This document shows positions 47,621 to 57,363 of a DNA stretch of 64,000 bases, one piece after another. The position numbers and the translations under genes are program-made. The notes beneath the pieces are model-generated. The model searched no databases, was not told the origin of the DNA, and saw nothing but the letters and a program-made list of their open reading frames with translations. Within the stretch, counting starts at the first letter, position 1, and the number at the start of each line of letters is the position of its first letter. The DNA is from a virus: the IMG/VR virus record IMGVR_UViG_3300042448_000646, positions 32,001 to 96,000 of that record; one strand, 5' to 3'.

Positions 47621-47885
47621 CTTGCTTTTTTTCTAGTTCTTCAAGTAATCTAAATGCTAATTCTTCTTCTTTTTCTAGTTGACTTCCTAAGTTATGCTTA
47701 TCAAAAGCTAAGTCAATCTGTTTTATAAAGTAAGAGTTAGTACCTTTAGCGTTACTTATTGCTTTGTACAAATCTGGATTAACGTATTCTCTGATAAACT
47801 GATATTGGATATTAAGGGCCCGTGCTAACACATAGGCCCTTTTGATATCCGCTAAGATTTGTTCTTCAGATGGTTTTTTGCTCAT
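47610..47885 (-). CDS. Hypothetical protein
   Basis: 91-aa ORF overlapping its neighbours in the operon. Confidence 0.6.
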   Translation of the reverse strand: MSKKPSEEQILADIKRAYVLARALNIQYQFIREYVNPDLYKAISNAKGTNSYFIKQIDLAFDKHNLGSQLEKEEELAFRLLEELEKKQDDK

Positions 47886-48537
47886 CGATTGACGCTTGAT
47901 AAGTCTTAAACTGTTGTTTTAAGTCTTCTTCTTCTTGATTTGTAAGTGCCCATAGCTTAGGATTAAATTCTTGGTATATAGAATCTAAATCACCATAACA
48001 GCCGTCTTCTATATTGCACATAATCAAGTCCCAGTAACTATCAGGATTATTCTTTTGTTCAAACTCCCTATAAGTCATGTGGTCTTCTTCTATATTACCA
48101 TCCTTGTCAATCACAAACTCTCCTGCAAAATCCATTCCTGACTCTTCATAGTTACCTTCACAAGTTAACTTATACTTCTTACAAAGTTTACCAAAGAAAG
48201 GTAACACAGGACTCCAAGCACTGTCGCCTCTAATTACGAGTCCTGCTTCATCATCAGTATGATCTGTTTGTATTTCAAAGTAAGCTTCAAACCACTTAGA
48301 GCCGTACTTATCGTACACGTCAAAATTAGTAGGAAATGAACCATCTTCACTTTGTTCAGGTTTGTTCATTAAGATTTTACAAAAGTTACCTGCCCATAGA
48401 GTAAATTGAGCACTATTATCACCTTGACGGTAATTAGTCTCAGTCTCTAGGTCAATCTTTTTAGCTTGTGCAAACAACTTCTTAATCTCCTCTGCCTTGC
48501 CTACAAAGTAGCCGTAATTGTAACAATGATTTGCCAT
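47866..48537 (-). CDS. YubB/DUF1281-like ferredoxin-fold protein
   Basis: MANHCYN...YGSKW...SAWSP...YEESGMDFAG. Confidence 0.7.
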   Translation of the reverse strand: MANHCYNYGYFVGKAEEIKKLFAQAKKIDLETETNYRQGDNSAQFTLWAGNFCKILMNKPEQSEDGSFPTNFDVYDKYGSKWFEAYFEIQTDHTDDEAGLVIRGDSAWSPVLPFFGKLCKKYKLTCEGNYEESGMDFAGEFVIDKDGNIEEDHMTYREFEQKNNPDSYWDLIMCNIEDGCYGDLDSIYQEFNPKLWALTNQEEEDLKQQFKTYQASIDEQKTI

Positions 48538-48539
48538 AA

Positions 48540-48827
48540 CTAGAACTGATGAAATTTAGCAGAAGGTAGTTGTACAACTAATACTCCAGAGTTATTACCT
48601 TCTCCATCTTTACTAGGGTAAAACAAAGTGCCGTCTTCCAACTCTAAAACGATTAACTCCTCGTCCCAATGTAAATCTTCAAGTTCTTCTTGAGAAGCAT
48701 AACGTACTGACTTAATCTTCTTTCCAACAAAGATATCTTGAGCTAGTTCCATTCTTTCTACTTGATATTCTATCATTGCTTTCATTATTCTGCTGCTAGT
48801 GCTATAAAGTGATAGAAACCAGGACAT
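48540..48827 (-). CDS. Hypothetical protein
   Basis: GKKIKSVRY...W....VLELEDGT..YPSKDGEGN motif common in phage proteins; true start is probably an internal Met. Confidence 0.6.
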   Translation of the reverse strand: MSWFLSLYSTSSRIMKAMIEYQVERMELAQDIFVGKKIKSVRYASQEELEDLHWDEELIVLELEDGTLFYPSKDGEGNNSGVLVVQLPSAKFHQF

Positions 48828-49342
48828 TCTTTGTCTGCTTTCTTATAACTAATCTCAGAGACTAGTGTTTTACTACCTACTAACTGCTTAGAAATATGCA
48901 CAGACGTAGCTTCTTTGGTTCTTTCAGTGTACTCACGAGCTTTCTTAATAGCATCAATCTGAAACTCGCTACTAGCAATAACATCTCCGTTGTATACTTT
49001 TACTTGGTAGACTGTCTTCCAGGTACGAGTTCCCTTTTGAGGTGTAGTAGCAACTTGAGTTTTAATCTTGTTAGTATTAACTACAGGCTCACCAGTACAA
49101 ATACCTAATGCAGGTCCCCACTTTTCTAATTTATTATTCTCGTAGAGGTAGTATGCATAATCATCCAGACTTTTACCTGACGCTCTAAACTCTTTAGTTC
49201 CGTCTACAACCCCGTTAGTGGTACTGATAGTACCATTATACGGATCGTTGCCATTTTCATACACAGCATCTTCTACTGCATTGTTGTATGCCTCACGCAT
49301 TGAGGCTCCTCTGCTTCTTACTTCAATTAAACTTGCTCCCAT
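48785..49342 (-). CDS. Conserved phage hypothetical protein
   Basis: MGAS...AVEDAVYENGNDPYNGTIST...KWGPA. Confidence 0.65.
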   Translation of the reverse strand: MGASLIEVRSRGASMREAYNNAVEDAVYENGNDPYNGTISTTNGVVDGTKEFRASGKSLDDYAYYLYENNKLEKWGPALGICTGEPVVNTNKIKTQVATTPQKGTRTWKTVYQVKVYNGDVIASSEFQIDAIKKAREYTERTKEATSVHISKQLVGSKTLVSEISYKKADKECPGFYHFIALAAE

Positions 49343-49364
49343 AATTTTTTTTGTTTAGTTAGTT

Positions 49365-51398
49365 TTATTTTTTCCAATAAGGTGCGATACAAGGGTCAGC
49401 TTTTAAAGGTACAGTTTTACAAAACTTTTTACCTGCTTTCTCCATTGCATCTTGTAATGCATTAGCACATTCCTCCGCTAATGATAGAGGACACTCTACT
49501 AGATTTTCATCGTGTATTGTGTTTACAAATTTTACTGTAAATAATAATTTGTTGGGTACTAGATAGTTATGCCAAAACAAAACACATGATAGTTTTGTTA
49601 TTTCCGAAGACTCGCCTTGTATTGGGTAGTTAAGTGACATACGTTCAATCTCACCTTTCTTCATTGAAAATGCTTGCACCTCTTTCTTTATTTCTTTAAA
49701 AGTAGGTGTGTTATTTTCTTTATGTTTTCTGTACCCTTCCCAAAACTTTTGAACTTCTGGGTTTTTACCCTCCATCTTCTTTTTCTTCTCTATGTACCAT
49801 TCGTAGTTATCTACGTAGGATTTTTTACCTGTTATTTCTGAAATCAATACAAAGCCGTTCTGTAACCCGAACTTTTTAGCTTTCTCAAAGTATGATTTCA
49901 ATCCAGGAAAGGCTTTAAAGTAGGAATCGTAGATATGCTGACCTTGAGTTAGACTTAACCCTAGTTGATCTGCAATACCTTTCCCACTACCACCATAGTT
50001 GATAGCAAATCCTGCTACCTTAGCTGCTTGACGTTTATCTTTATGCTTTTCCTTAATTATATCAAGGGGCACATCGTCTAGCTCAGGATACATCTTAGAT
50101 GCCACAAATGAGTGCATATCTCCAAGATCCTTCCTGTAAAACAATAATAGGTTTTCGTCTAAGCATTTATTAACTAAGACTATTTGTTCTTGACCAGTAT
50201 AGTCACACCCTATTAATGTATTTCCTTCTTCTGCTACAAAACAACTTCTAGTTTCTTTATCACTAGGAATGTTTTGAAAGTTTGGATAAGATTCCCCTGT
50301 AGCTTTGTTTCTTCCACCACTAGACAAGCGTCCTGTGTTCATCAACTGCGTGTAACTAGTGTGTACTCTACCGCTTACAGGATTAATTAATCTTAACCAG
50401 TTCTCACCATACGTACCGATATTCTTTTGGCATTCTTTGTATCGGATATATGTTCTTAAGATAGGAAATTCTTCAATTTGTTTAGACAGTTGTCCTGCCT
50501 CTGTTGTCTTTTTGACTACACCTTTATCTATTATTTCGACATTGACTCCCATCATTTCAAATAGTTGAATGACTTGGGTAGCGCTGTTCCAATTAATGCA
50601 AGTGTGTAATCCAGGACTAAATAAATCACCTTGTCTATCTATAAACTTATCAAAGTCGTTTTTTATTAAGTAGGAGTCTAGCTCTATTCTTAATTCTTCT
50701 GCCTCATTCTTTATTTTTCCCAGTCGGTTGAGCCATTTTTCTACATCTAGCTTCATACCACAGTACTCTATATAAGAAAGCACAATTACAAAACGATTAT
50801 CTAGTTCAATAGATAACTCACAGTTCTTTTCTTTAACTAATACTTCTTGTTTACTCCTAATAGCATGCAGATATTGTACATCTTTACCACTATACTTAAT
50901 AAATTCAGGACTAAACCTGCCTGTAATATTAAGTCTTTGGGTTTTGTCCATGTAAACTCCACAATATCGATCTGCACAATCCGCTAAAGAGCACCTATGC
51001 TTATCTACTCCAAGATAAATGGTCTTTTCCGTAATAAATGTATCAAATATCTTGTTAGGTATAATTCTATTGTGCATCAAGAATCTAATGTCAAACTTTA
51101 AGTTGTGACCAATTAGTTCTTTGTCCTCTAGAATTGATTTAAATGCTTGAATATCTAATGTATTTGTATCAATTACAAACTGATTTTCAGCATTACCCAA
51201 TTGGATACATACAATACGATCTCTGTACGGATCAAATCCTAGAGTCTCAATGTCAAATCCAAGTATGTCTTGACTACTTAAGTACTTAAGACAGGTGTCT
51301 ACATTGCATGCTATAATCTCTCCATTAGAAGAATCTTGCATCTCCTTCTGAAGTTGTTTGTCTGCTGATACAAAATACAATCCCATTACTAATCCCAA
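49365..51398 (-). CDS. polA: Family A DNA polymerase with 3'-5' exonuclease
   Basis: FDIETLG, GHNLKFD, TGRLSS, NFQNIP; motif A DYTGQE, motif B RQAAKVAGFAINYG, motif C IHDE. Confidence 0.95.
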   Translation of the reverse strand: MGLVMGLYFVSADKQLQKEMQDSSNGEIIACNVDTCLKYLSSQDILGFDIETLGFDPYRDRIVCIQLGNAENQFVIDTNTLDIQAFKSILEDKELIGHNLKFDIRFLMHNRIIPNKIFDTFITEKTIYLGVDKHRCSLADCADRYCGVYMDKTQRLNITGRFSPEFIKYSGKDVQYLHAIRSKQEVLVKEKNCELSIELDNRFVIVLSYIEYCGMKLDVEKWLNRLGKIKNEAEELRIELDSYLIKNDFDKFIDRQGDLFSPGLHTCINWNSATQVIQLFEMMGVNVEIIDKGVVKKTTEAGQLSKQIEEFPILRTYIRYKECQKNIGTYGENWLRLINPVSGRVHTSYTQLMNTGRLSSGGRNKATGESYPNFQNIPSDKETRSCFVAEEGNTLIGCDYTGQEQIVLVNKCLDENLLLFYRKDLGDMHSFVASKMYPELDDVPLDIIKEKHKDKRQAAKVAGFAINYGGSGKGIADQLGLSLTQGQHIYDSYFKAFPGLKSYFEKAKKFGLQNGFVLISEITGKKSYVDNYEWYIEKKKKMEGKNPEVQKFWEGYRKHKENNTPTFKEIKKEVQAFSMKKGEIERMSLNYPIQGESSEITKLSCVLFWHNYLVPNKLLFTVKFVNTIHDENLVECPLSLAEECANALQDAMEKAGKKFCKTVPLKADPCIAPYWKK

Positions 51399-52006
51399 AC
51401 GTTAAGTTTCTTCCTCAATTCGCTTACTAAATCTTCATAAACAGTAATTAAATCCATCATCTCTGCACTAGTAAACTTCTTAACCTCACGTGACGTACGT
51501 ACCATTAATTCAGCTGTACCTTCCCCATGTAGTTTATCTAAGTTTACTCCAAAAATGTATTGATTACCACTTAAGCCGATGTTACATCCGTAGCATTGGG
51601 GCTTGCAATTTAATACATGAAATCGAGTTGAATAGAATCTTCTCGACTGAAAATGTCCACATTGTATTTCTCGCCAGTGTAAAACTTTCTCACAAGTAAA
51701 ACATTTGGCACTGTGCTCATGTTTAATACCCGACAGTCTGACATATACACTAAATATTCTGTCTAGTTTCTTGGTCAGTACCCCGATAGACTCAGCTTTC
51801 TTTTTACGTGCTTTATCCTTACGCTCCTTAACCTTAACTATTTGTGATTTTTTCACACAAACGGCACATAACTTCTTCGTTTTGTTACTATATAGACGTT
51901 TTTTGCCACATTCTGTGCAAATTGTCTCAATAACAGCTTTGTCTTTATTTACAGGTTCTCCCTTAACTGGAATCTTTTTAGCCTGTGTTGGTTTTCTTGA
52001 TAACAT
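51389..52006 (-). CDS. ninG: NinG/Rap-like HNH endonuclease
   Basis: KLDRIFSVYVR...CFTC...QCGHFQSR...TRF...NCKPQCYGCN. Confidence 0.85.
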   Translation of the reverse strand: MLSRKPTQAKKIPVKGEPVNKDKAVIETICTECGKKRLYSNKTKKLCAVCVKKSQIVKVKERKDKARKKKAESIGVLTKKLDRIFSVYVRLSGIKHEHSAKCFTCEKVLHWREIQCGHFQSRRFYSTRFHVLNCKPQCYGCNIGLSGNQYIFGVNLDKLHGEGTAELMVRTSREVKKFTSAEMMDLITVYEDLVSELRKKLNVWD

Positions 52007-52016
52007 AATACAATAT

Positions 52017-52069
52017 ACAAAGGAAAAGAATAACCCAAGCTTTCCTTAGGCTATTCTGTTTTCCTTTGT
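52017..52069. repeat. Long imperfect inverted repeat (terminator/regulatory hairpin)
   Basis: ACAAAGGAAAAGAATA ... TATTCTGTTTTCCTTTGT in the intergenic gap. Confidence 0.6.
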
Positions 52070-52078
52070 TATTAGACA

Positions 52079-52927
52079 TTAGATGTAAATCTCTACTGGT
52101 CTGCTGGTAACAAACTTGTTCTCAATCAAGTCAAAAGCACGTTGGTTGATACGAGCCCCTGAACCAAACATCAATGCCTTACGTTTAGCATCTATGTCTT
52201 TGTAAGTAGTCATGTGGTTAGTGAAACGTGTAACTGCATTAAACAATCCGTAGGCTGATTCACCGTGTGCTGCATACTCTGTAGACATTGCTGCTTTCAA
52301 ATCATTCAAACGATTAGTACTACGAGTAGACTCCAAGTGACCTCCGATAATCTCAAACAAGAAATCATCATCAATCTTACTAGGTACTACTGTATTGCTC
52401 ATTTGAATCATACGCTGGATTGTTTGCTCTTCTGCATTCATTGATTCACGCAAAGAGTTGATAATACCGCCTAACCTTTCTTTATGGTTAGGAGTATGTT
52501 TAACTGCTTCACAATCTTTGAATGCTTGGAAGAATGTGTTCTGGCAAATAACAACTACGTTAGTTGCACCAAAGCCAATTTTAGTCAAGCCGTCATGTGC
52601 TGTAAGACCTGTCAAGTAACGCATGTTTTTAGAGCCACCGATAGTTACTTCAGGCAATTGGAACTGGTAGTAAATCCTTTCTCCCATACCTAAAGCTCCG
52701 CCACGTACCGCAGGGATGTTTAAAGCTCCTGCAGCATCCATTAGCATCTCAACAACTTCATGATTCTGAGTGATAGTGTACTTGCCTCCAACTAGACCTA
52801 AACAACGGTCATTGTCTTTTCTGAAAATTCCGTAGCCATTAGTTGTTTCTCCGTTAGGACCAAACAAAGCTCTCTTTTCGACTGTCCAATCAGTCTTTGA
52901 TGTGGTTAATAATTCTTGTGAATTCAT
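52079..52927 (-). CDS. DUF932/DUF945 family protein
   Basis: DWTVEKR...LGLVGGKYTITQN...AHDG...VVICQN...KHT...AYGLFNAVTRF. Confidence 0.85.
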   Translation of the reverse strand: MNSQELLTTSKTDWTVEKRALFGPNGETTNGYGIFRKDNDRCLGLVGGKYTITQNHEVVEMLMDAAGALNIPAVRGGALGMGERIYYQFQLPEVTIGGSKNMRYLTGLTAHDGLTKIGFGATNVVVICQNTFFQAFKDCEAVKHTPNHKERLGGIINSLRESMNAEEQTIQRMIQMSNTVVPSKIDDDFLFEIIGGHLESTRSTNRLNDLKAAMSTEYAAHGESAYGLFNAVTRFTNHMTTYKDIDAKRKALMFGSGARINQRAFDLIENKFVTSRPVEIYI

Positions 52928-52931
52928 GTTT

Positions 52932-53171
52932 TTAATGTTTTAAGTTTCTTAGTGTTTTTAGTAATTCTTTTAATTCATTTACTCTTCCTGTAATCTCGCA
53001 ATAATCGTACTCTGTTTTCTGGTCAGCATCTTGCAACTCATCTATACGATGAATAACAAAATCAATGATGTAGTTGCTTACTTCTTTAGCAACTCTATCT
53101 TCTACCATGTTTACTAGTTGATCTAGTGTTTGTTGAAAATCTTCGGATGCGGTTAATTTCTTGTCTGTCAT
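52932..53171 (-). CDS. Hypothetical protein
   Basis: 79-aa helical ORF coupled to ung. Confidence 0.6.
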   Translation of the reverse strand: MTDKKLTASEDFQQTLDQLVNMVEDRVAKEVSNYIIDFVIHRIDELQDADQKTEYDYCEITGRVNELKELLKTLRNLKH

Positions 53172-53866
53172 GTTTTAATCCAATTAATTGTGTTTAAGTT
53201 AGCTTTTTCTAGATGTTTGTTTACTTCAATAAAGTGGTTACAATTCCAAGGTCTGCCCTGATAGTTTGCCGCTACTGGATGTTCTGACTCTAAGATAACA
53301 TGATGATCAGCGATTTGTGTTTTAAAAGCTTGTGCATCTTTACCCCATAAACAGAAAATAATGTCAGTAGTGTGCTCATTAAGGGCTTTAATTACCTCTT
53401 TGGTCCACAGTTCCCATACTTTCATATGGCTTCCAGCTTTACCCTGCTCAACGGTTAACGCTGCGTTGAGCATAAGTATACCCTGTTTTGCCCAATACTC
53501 AATATCTAAATCAACAGCAAAGGTTAGTTCGCTGTCGTAAAAGTCCTCTTTAATTCTGTCATAAATCTTTCTAAGACTTGGAGGAACATATTCTCGGTCA
53601 CGAGGTGCAAATGATAGCCCACATGCCACAGGTTTGTTTTTGTAGAGTGTAGGATATGGATCCATACCTATCACTACTACACATACTTTACTTAAAGGAG
53701 TTAGTTGGAATGCCCTAAATATCTCTTTACTAGGGGGAAATACCTCTACTTCTTCTCGTTTAGTTTTAATGTGATTTGCTACTTTACTGAAATGCTCAGA
53801 TTCTATGTAGCTTTTTAGCCGCCTATACCAATCATCTGGTATATTTATTCGTTTAGTTAACTGCAT
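53168..53866 (-). CDS. ung: Uracil-DNA glycosylase, family 1
   Basis: VVIGMDPYP, ACGLSF, PPSL, WAKQGILMLNAALTV, LWG, HP. Confidence 0.92.
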   Translation of the reverse strand: MQLTKRINIPDDWYRRLKSYIESEHFSKVANHIKTKREEVEVFPPSKEIFRAFQLTPLSKVCVVVIGMDPYPTLYKNKPVACGLSFAPRDREYVPPSLRKIYDRIKEDFYDSELTFAVDLDIEYWAKQGILMLNAALTVEQGKAGSHMKVWELWTKEVIKALNEHTTDIIFCLWGKDAQAFKTQIADHHVILESEHPVAANYQGRPWNCNHFIEVNKHLEKANLNTINWIKT

Positions 53867-54440
53867 TTTTTATTCTTTTGACTTTTCGTTCTGCTTTGAT
53901 TTTGGCATACTCAGCTGACTGATTCTCTAGGACAAACTTATCTATAAACAAATGAGGCATTTCTTCTTGTAGTTTTACAATTGTGTTAAAATACTTTATT
54001 ACATACAAATGATCGCTGTCTAGTAAATCTTCATGAGTACCTGTGTTATGGATAATAGTGCTATGGTCTCTGCCAAACATATTACCCAAGTCAGTATAAG
54101 TGTATGCTCTATAGTAGTAAAAGAAACAAATAAGAATCATTCTAATTTCAACTATTCCTCTTATTCTACAACTAGAGAAAATCACGTTGAACTCAGAATG
54201 GTTGAAATCACAGACTATTTGAACTATTTTTAGTTCTTCTTTAGTCATCGGTCTGTATCCTTTAATCTTGAAAGGTTTTTTCTTTACAATACTGCCATAG
54301 GTCTTATCCTTGTATGGTTTAATTGAGTCTAAAGCTAAAATCTTTGCAACTGTCTTTTCTACGTACCAAGTATCTACATGGTCCATATCTTTTGAGCATT
54401 CTTTAACTACAATTTCTACAATATTTCGTATTGTTTGCAT
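53853..54440 (-). CDS. DnaA C-terminal-like HTH DNA-binding protein
   Basis: SSCRIRGIVEIRMI...DLGNMFGRDHSTIIH. Confidence 0.75.
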   Translation of the reverse strand: MQTIRNIVEIVVKECSKDMDHVDTWYVEKTVAKILALDSIKPYKDKTYGSIVKKKPFKIKGYRPMTKEELKIVQIVCDFNHSEFNVIFSSCRIRGIVEIRMILICFFYYYRAYTYTDLGNMFGRDHSTIIHNTGTHEDLLDSDHLYVIKYFNTIVKLQEEMPHLFIDKFVLENQSAEYAKIKAERKVKRIKNAVN

Positions 54441-55372
54441 AATTCTATTAGTTTTGTGATTCCGTGATTTTTGACAATGTCGCTAGTGTCTTTGCCTAGT
54501 ATACTATTGTGACTAACTCTAATAAGTCTTTTATCTCTACTACATAAGTTAGTAGACATTTGTTCCCCAGGCTCGTCAGCGTCATACCAGACAAATACTT
54601 TCTTAAATCTATCGCATAACTCATCTAAAGTTTCTTGAGTAAGCTTACTAGCTTCTGTAGTTGGGCAAACAGCATTAATTCCTAAAGTAGAGAAGACCAT
54701 TACATCTTTAGTTGCTTTAGTTATAATAAGTTTGTTTCCTCTTTCTGGTAGCATAGATGTACACTCTAACTGAAGACTGTAGTTATTTCTAAATTTAACT
54801 TTTTTGTTAAAAGGACGATATAGCTTAATCTTATCAACTTCTAAGTACCTGTAACAAGGATCTTTGTCTGAGTATAAATACCTAAGCTCTCCATTAATCC
54901 ATGCTTTTCTTACTTTACGCACATTGAATTTTTGAAGAGTCGCTAAAGTAATGTTAAACTGTTGCCAATACTCTAAATCTTTGTTATCATAAGGCATCAC
55001 CTCTACTTTAATTGTAGTAGTTGACTCAGTATCATCTGGATCATATTTAATAGTAGGCTTGGGAACATCTAGTACATGAAGATTAGACATTTGGTTGTAA
55101 ATCTTTTGAGCTGTCAGTTTTTCTCCACATCGTAAATTAGCAATACTAAAACAGTTGTATTGTTTACCTGCACTAAAGTCATTAAAAACCAGCTGTCCAC
55201 CTTTTGTATAGAAGAAGTAACACTTTGGAAAAGTGTCTTTCCTAAATGGATTCAAATAGGGATGCTTTAACTTAATAGGTTCTCCAAAGTAAAACTCCAT
55301 AATTTGTTCCTCACTAAAAACTTGTAAAAGTTTAGGAGTGTCTATAACTACTCTTATATTATCTAGGTTCAT
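54416..55372 (-). CDS. dnaG: DNA primase (Toprim, crAss-type)
   Basis: NPFRKD..P.C, KLYRP, IITKATKDVM, WYDADEPG, KDTSD. Confidence 0.85.
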   Translation of the reverse strand: MNLDNIRVVIDTPKLLQVFSEEQIMEFYFGEPIKLKHPYLNPFRKDTFPKCYFFYTKGGQLVFNDFSAGKQYNCFSIANLRCGEKLTAQKIYNQMSNLHVLDVPKPTIKYDPDDTESTTTIKVEVMPYDNKDLEYWQQFNITLATLQKFNVRKVRKAWINGELRYLYSDKDPCYRYLEVDKIKLYRPFNKKVKFRNNYSLQLECTSMLPERGNKLIITKATKDVMVFSTLGINAVCPTTEASKLTQETLDELCDRFKKVFVWYDADEPGEQMSTNLCSRDKRLIRVSHNSILGKDTSDIVKNHGITKLIELCKQYEIL

Positions 55373-55390
55373 GTTTTTTATATAATAAAC

Positions 55391-55417
55391 TAAAGGGGCA
55401 CTATAAGCACCCCTTAG
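55391..55417 (-). terminator. Rho-independent terminator after ssb
   Basis: Minus strand AAGGGGTGC-ttata-GTGCCCCTT then TTTAGTTT; G-U pairs support the minus strand. Confidence 0.65.
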
Positions 55418-55445
55418 CTTACTAACTAATGGTACTTAGATTTAA

Positions 55446-56306
55446 TTATCCAAACAAATCATCCTCAAAAGGACTCTCTGATTTTGCTGGGGTTACACTA
55501 GGCACATCTCCAAATGGATCACTCTCAGTTGTCCAAGCATTGTCGCCAGTTTCTACAGAATTTGGTTCTGCATCTGCAACATACTCTTTGAACTGAAGAC
55601 TATCCGCATAGTGGTGTTTGTAGCCATAGTTAGAATCTGTGATTCTTCCTTTTGTGTAGTCGGTAATTTTTGCAGTCAAAGTTAGGAACAAACTATTCCA
55701 AACATCTTGATACTGACCATCTTTAACGCCCATAAGAACTCTGACACCCCCATCTTTCTTGTTGAAGTAATCAAAGAAGTCACGAAGTTCTTTTACGTTA
55801 CCTTTAATGATATTCTTAATATCATCCAACATAAGAGCAGAATTATTGGTATCAATATTACCATAAGAACGTAGTAAGGTATACAAATCTTCTTCGCCAC
55901 GCAAAGCTTCACGTACATTATCTAACTTTAGTTTGTTGTAGTCAGCCAATTTGCTGTTACGTTCAGATAAATCTCCAAGACTATCTGCCCACGTTACTTT
56001 GCTATGGTTGTCAATATACTGTGTTTTTCCAGACTGGCTAACACGAGTTTGAGCACTGATAAATAACGCAAACTTACCCAATAATGGAGTAGTAAGGCTT
56101 TCATGATTCTTGTAGAAGAAGTCAATACGTGTACTATCTTCTGTAAAATAGTTTGGTTCTTTTACTTTCTCTACATCTACCTCATAAAGAGCTGCAATTT
56201 GCTCACGAGTTGGATTAACTGCTACGATTTTGATTGGTGCAATACCTGTAAACAACTTCTTGTTGCTTGTACCGCTTGTTCTGGTTTCTAAATTTTCTAA
56301 ATTCAT
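55446..56306 (-). CDS. ssb: Single-stranded DNA-binding protein (crAss-type)
   Basis: LFTGIAPIKIVAVNPT, GKTQYID, GEEDL; acidic tail EDDLFG; between ATPase and primase. Confidence 0.7.
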   Translation of the reverse strand: MNLENLETRTSGTSNKKLFTGIAPIKIVAVNPTREQIAALYEVDVEKVKEPNYFTEDSTRIDFFYKNHESLTTPLLGKFALFISAQTRVSQSGKTQYIDNHSKVTWADSLGDLSERNSKLADYNKLKLDNVREALRGEEDLYTLLRSYGNIDTNNSALMLDDIKNIIKGNVKELRDFFDYFNKKDGGVRVLMGVKDGQYQDVWNSLFLTLTAKITDYTKGRITDSNYGYKHHYADSLQFKEYVADAEPNSVETGDNAWTTESDPFGDVPSVTPAKSESPFEDDLFG

Positions 56307-56335
56307 GATTTTGCTTTTAATTTTTTTAAGTTAGG

Positions 56336-57007
56336 TTAAGAATAATACTCATCAATGTGCTCACACACTTGTTTTAAGTCATTAGGAATACGGGTTTCAG
56401 GAAACATTCCATCAGGTGATTTAGCTGGATACTTCTTCCATCTGTTAGTTACAAATTCATAAGTTGCGTTACCCTGATTATCTTCTGACACATGGGTATA
56501 CAAAGCAACTGTGAATAGACCTTCTAACACAATCTGATTATCCAACAACTTCCCAGCTGTTTTCATTTTGTAAGAAACAATTGATCCATCGTCCATAATT
56601 TCCTCGGGATGAGAAAAGTAGAAAATTTTCAAGTCGTCTCTTAGTTTGCGGGCCTCCGTTAATAACGTGACCATGTCCTTAGCCATTACGGAAAATTTGG
56701 TAAAACCTGTTTCTGTAGCTTTTCTTACCATGTTGAATCCCATGATGTAATTAGAGTCTTCTAAAATTACATTCTTGATGTGTGGGGCTTTCTCATTGAT
56801 ACTTTGAAGATACTTAACAACTTGCAGGGCTTCATCTATTTCTGCATAGTTCTTGTTTTCTAGATTGTACATTTTGTTAGAGCCTTTAAATGGAAGTTCT
56901 TTACGAGCTACATTGATGATGTAAGTTTCTTTTGGATCTAAATTTTTAACTGATGTTGATTTCCCACTACCTGTGGGTCCTACGACTGCGATTAATTTGC
57001 TTGACAT
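56336..57007 (-). CDS. AAA_24 / Sak4-like P-loop ATPase
   Basis: GPTGSGKST, KELPFKG, KMKTAGKLLD, EGLFTV, AKSPDGMF. Confidence 0.85.
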   Translation of the reverse strand: MSSKLIAVVGPTGSGKSTSVKNLDPKETYIINVARKELPFKGSNKMYNLENKNYAEIDEALQVVKYLQSINEKAPHIKNVILEDSNYIMGFNMVRKATETGFTKFSVMAKDMVTLLTEARKLRDDLKIFYFSHPEEIMDDGSIVSYKMKTAGKLLDNQIVLEGLFTVALYTHVSEDNQGNATYEFVTNRWKKYPAKSPDGMFPETRIPNDLKQVCEHIDEYYS

Positions 57008-57010
57008 TTT

Positions 57011-57361
57011 TTAGTTTTTAGTTTTCTTTGGTTTATGTTCTTTTATATTTTCCAAATCAGACTCTTCTTTCAATGCCCAGCCATAAAACAAAGTGAACTC
57101 TTTTACTAATGTCATTAGTTGCGTTGTGGTAAATGGTTCATTTGTTTGATAGGTAGATATCTCAGTTAGAGCGTCATTATTGGTCACTAAATATTTATAC
57201 AGCCAGTCTTGGAATTTCTTTTCTTCCTCTACTGACCATTCAAACGCCTCATGCCATTCGTCTTGTAATATATCTATTTTAGTAATGTCAGTTCCTACTT
57301 GCTCACACATTTCACTAAAAATGATGTTTAAATGATGTCCTAATTTAATTTTCTTTAACAT
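57011..57361 (-). CDS. Hypothetical protein
   Basis: 116-aa ORF in the operon. Confidence 0.6.
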   Translation of the reverse strand: MLKKIKLGHHLNIIFSEMCEQVGTDITKIDILQDEWHEAFEWSVEEEKKFQDWLYKYLVTNNDALTEISTYQTNEPFTTTQLMTLVKEFTLFYGWALKEESDLENIKEHKPKKTKN

Positions 57362-57363
57362 GT

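Noticed and set aside
46786-51398. Z-genome (2-aminoadenine) system suggested by DUF5664 plus PolA
   Set aside because: No PurZ or DatZ recognisable in the window and DUF5664 is widespread. Cannot exclude such genes elsewhere in the genome.
49365-51398. Intein or intron in PolA or RNAP
   Set aside because: ORFs are continuous, PolA has normal length, and there are no C...HN splice motifs or homing endonuclease inserts.
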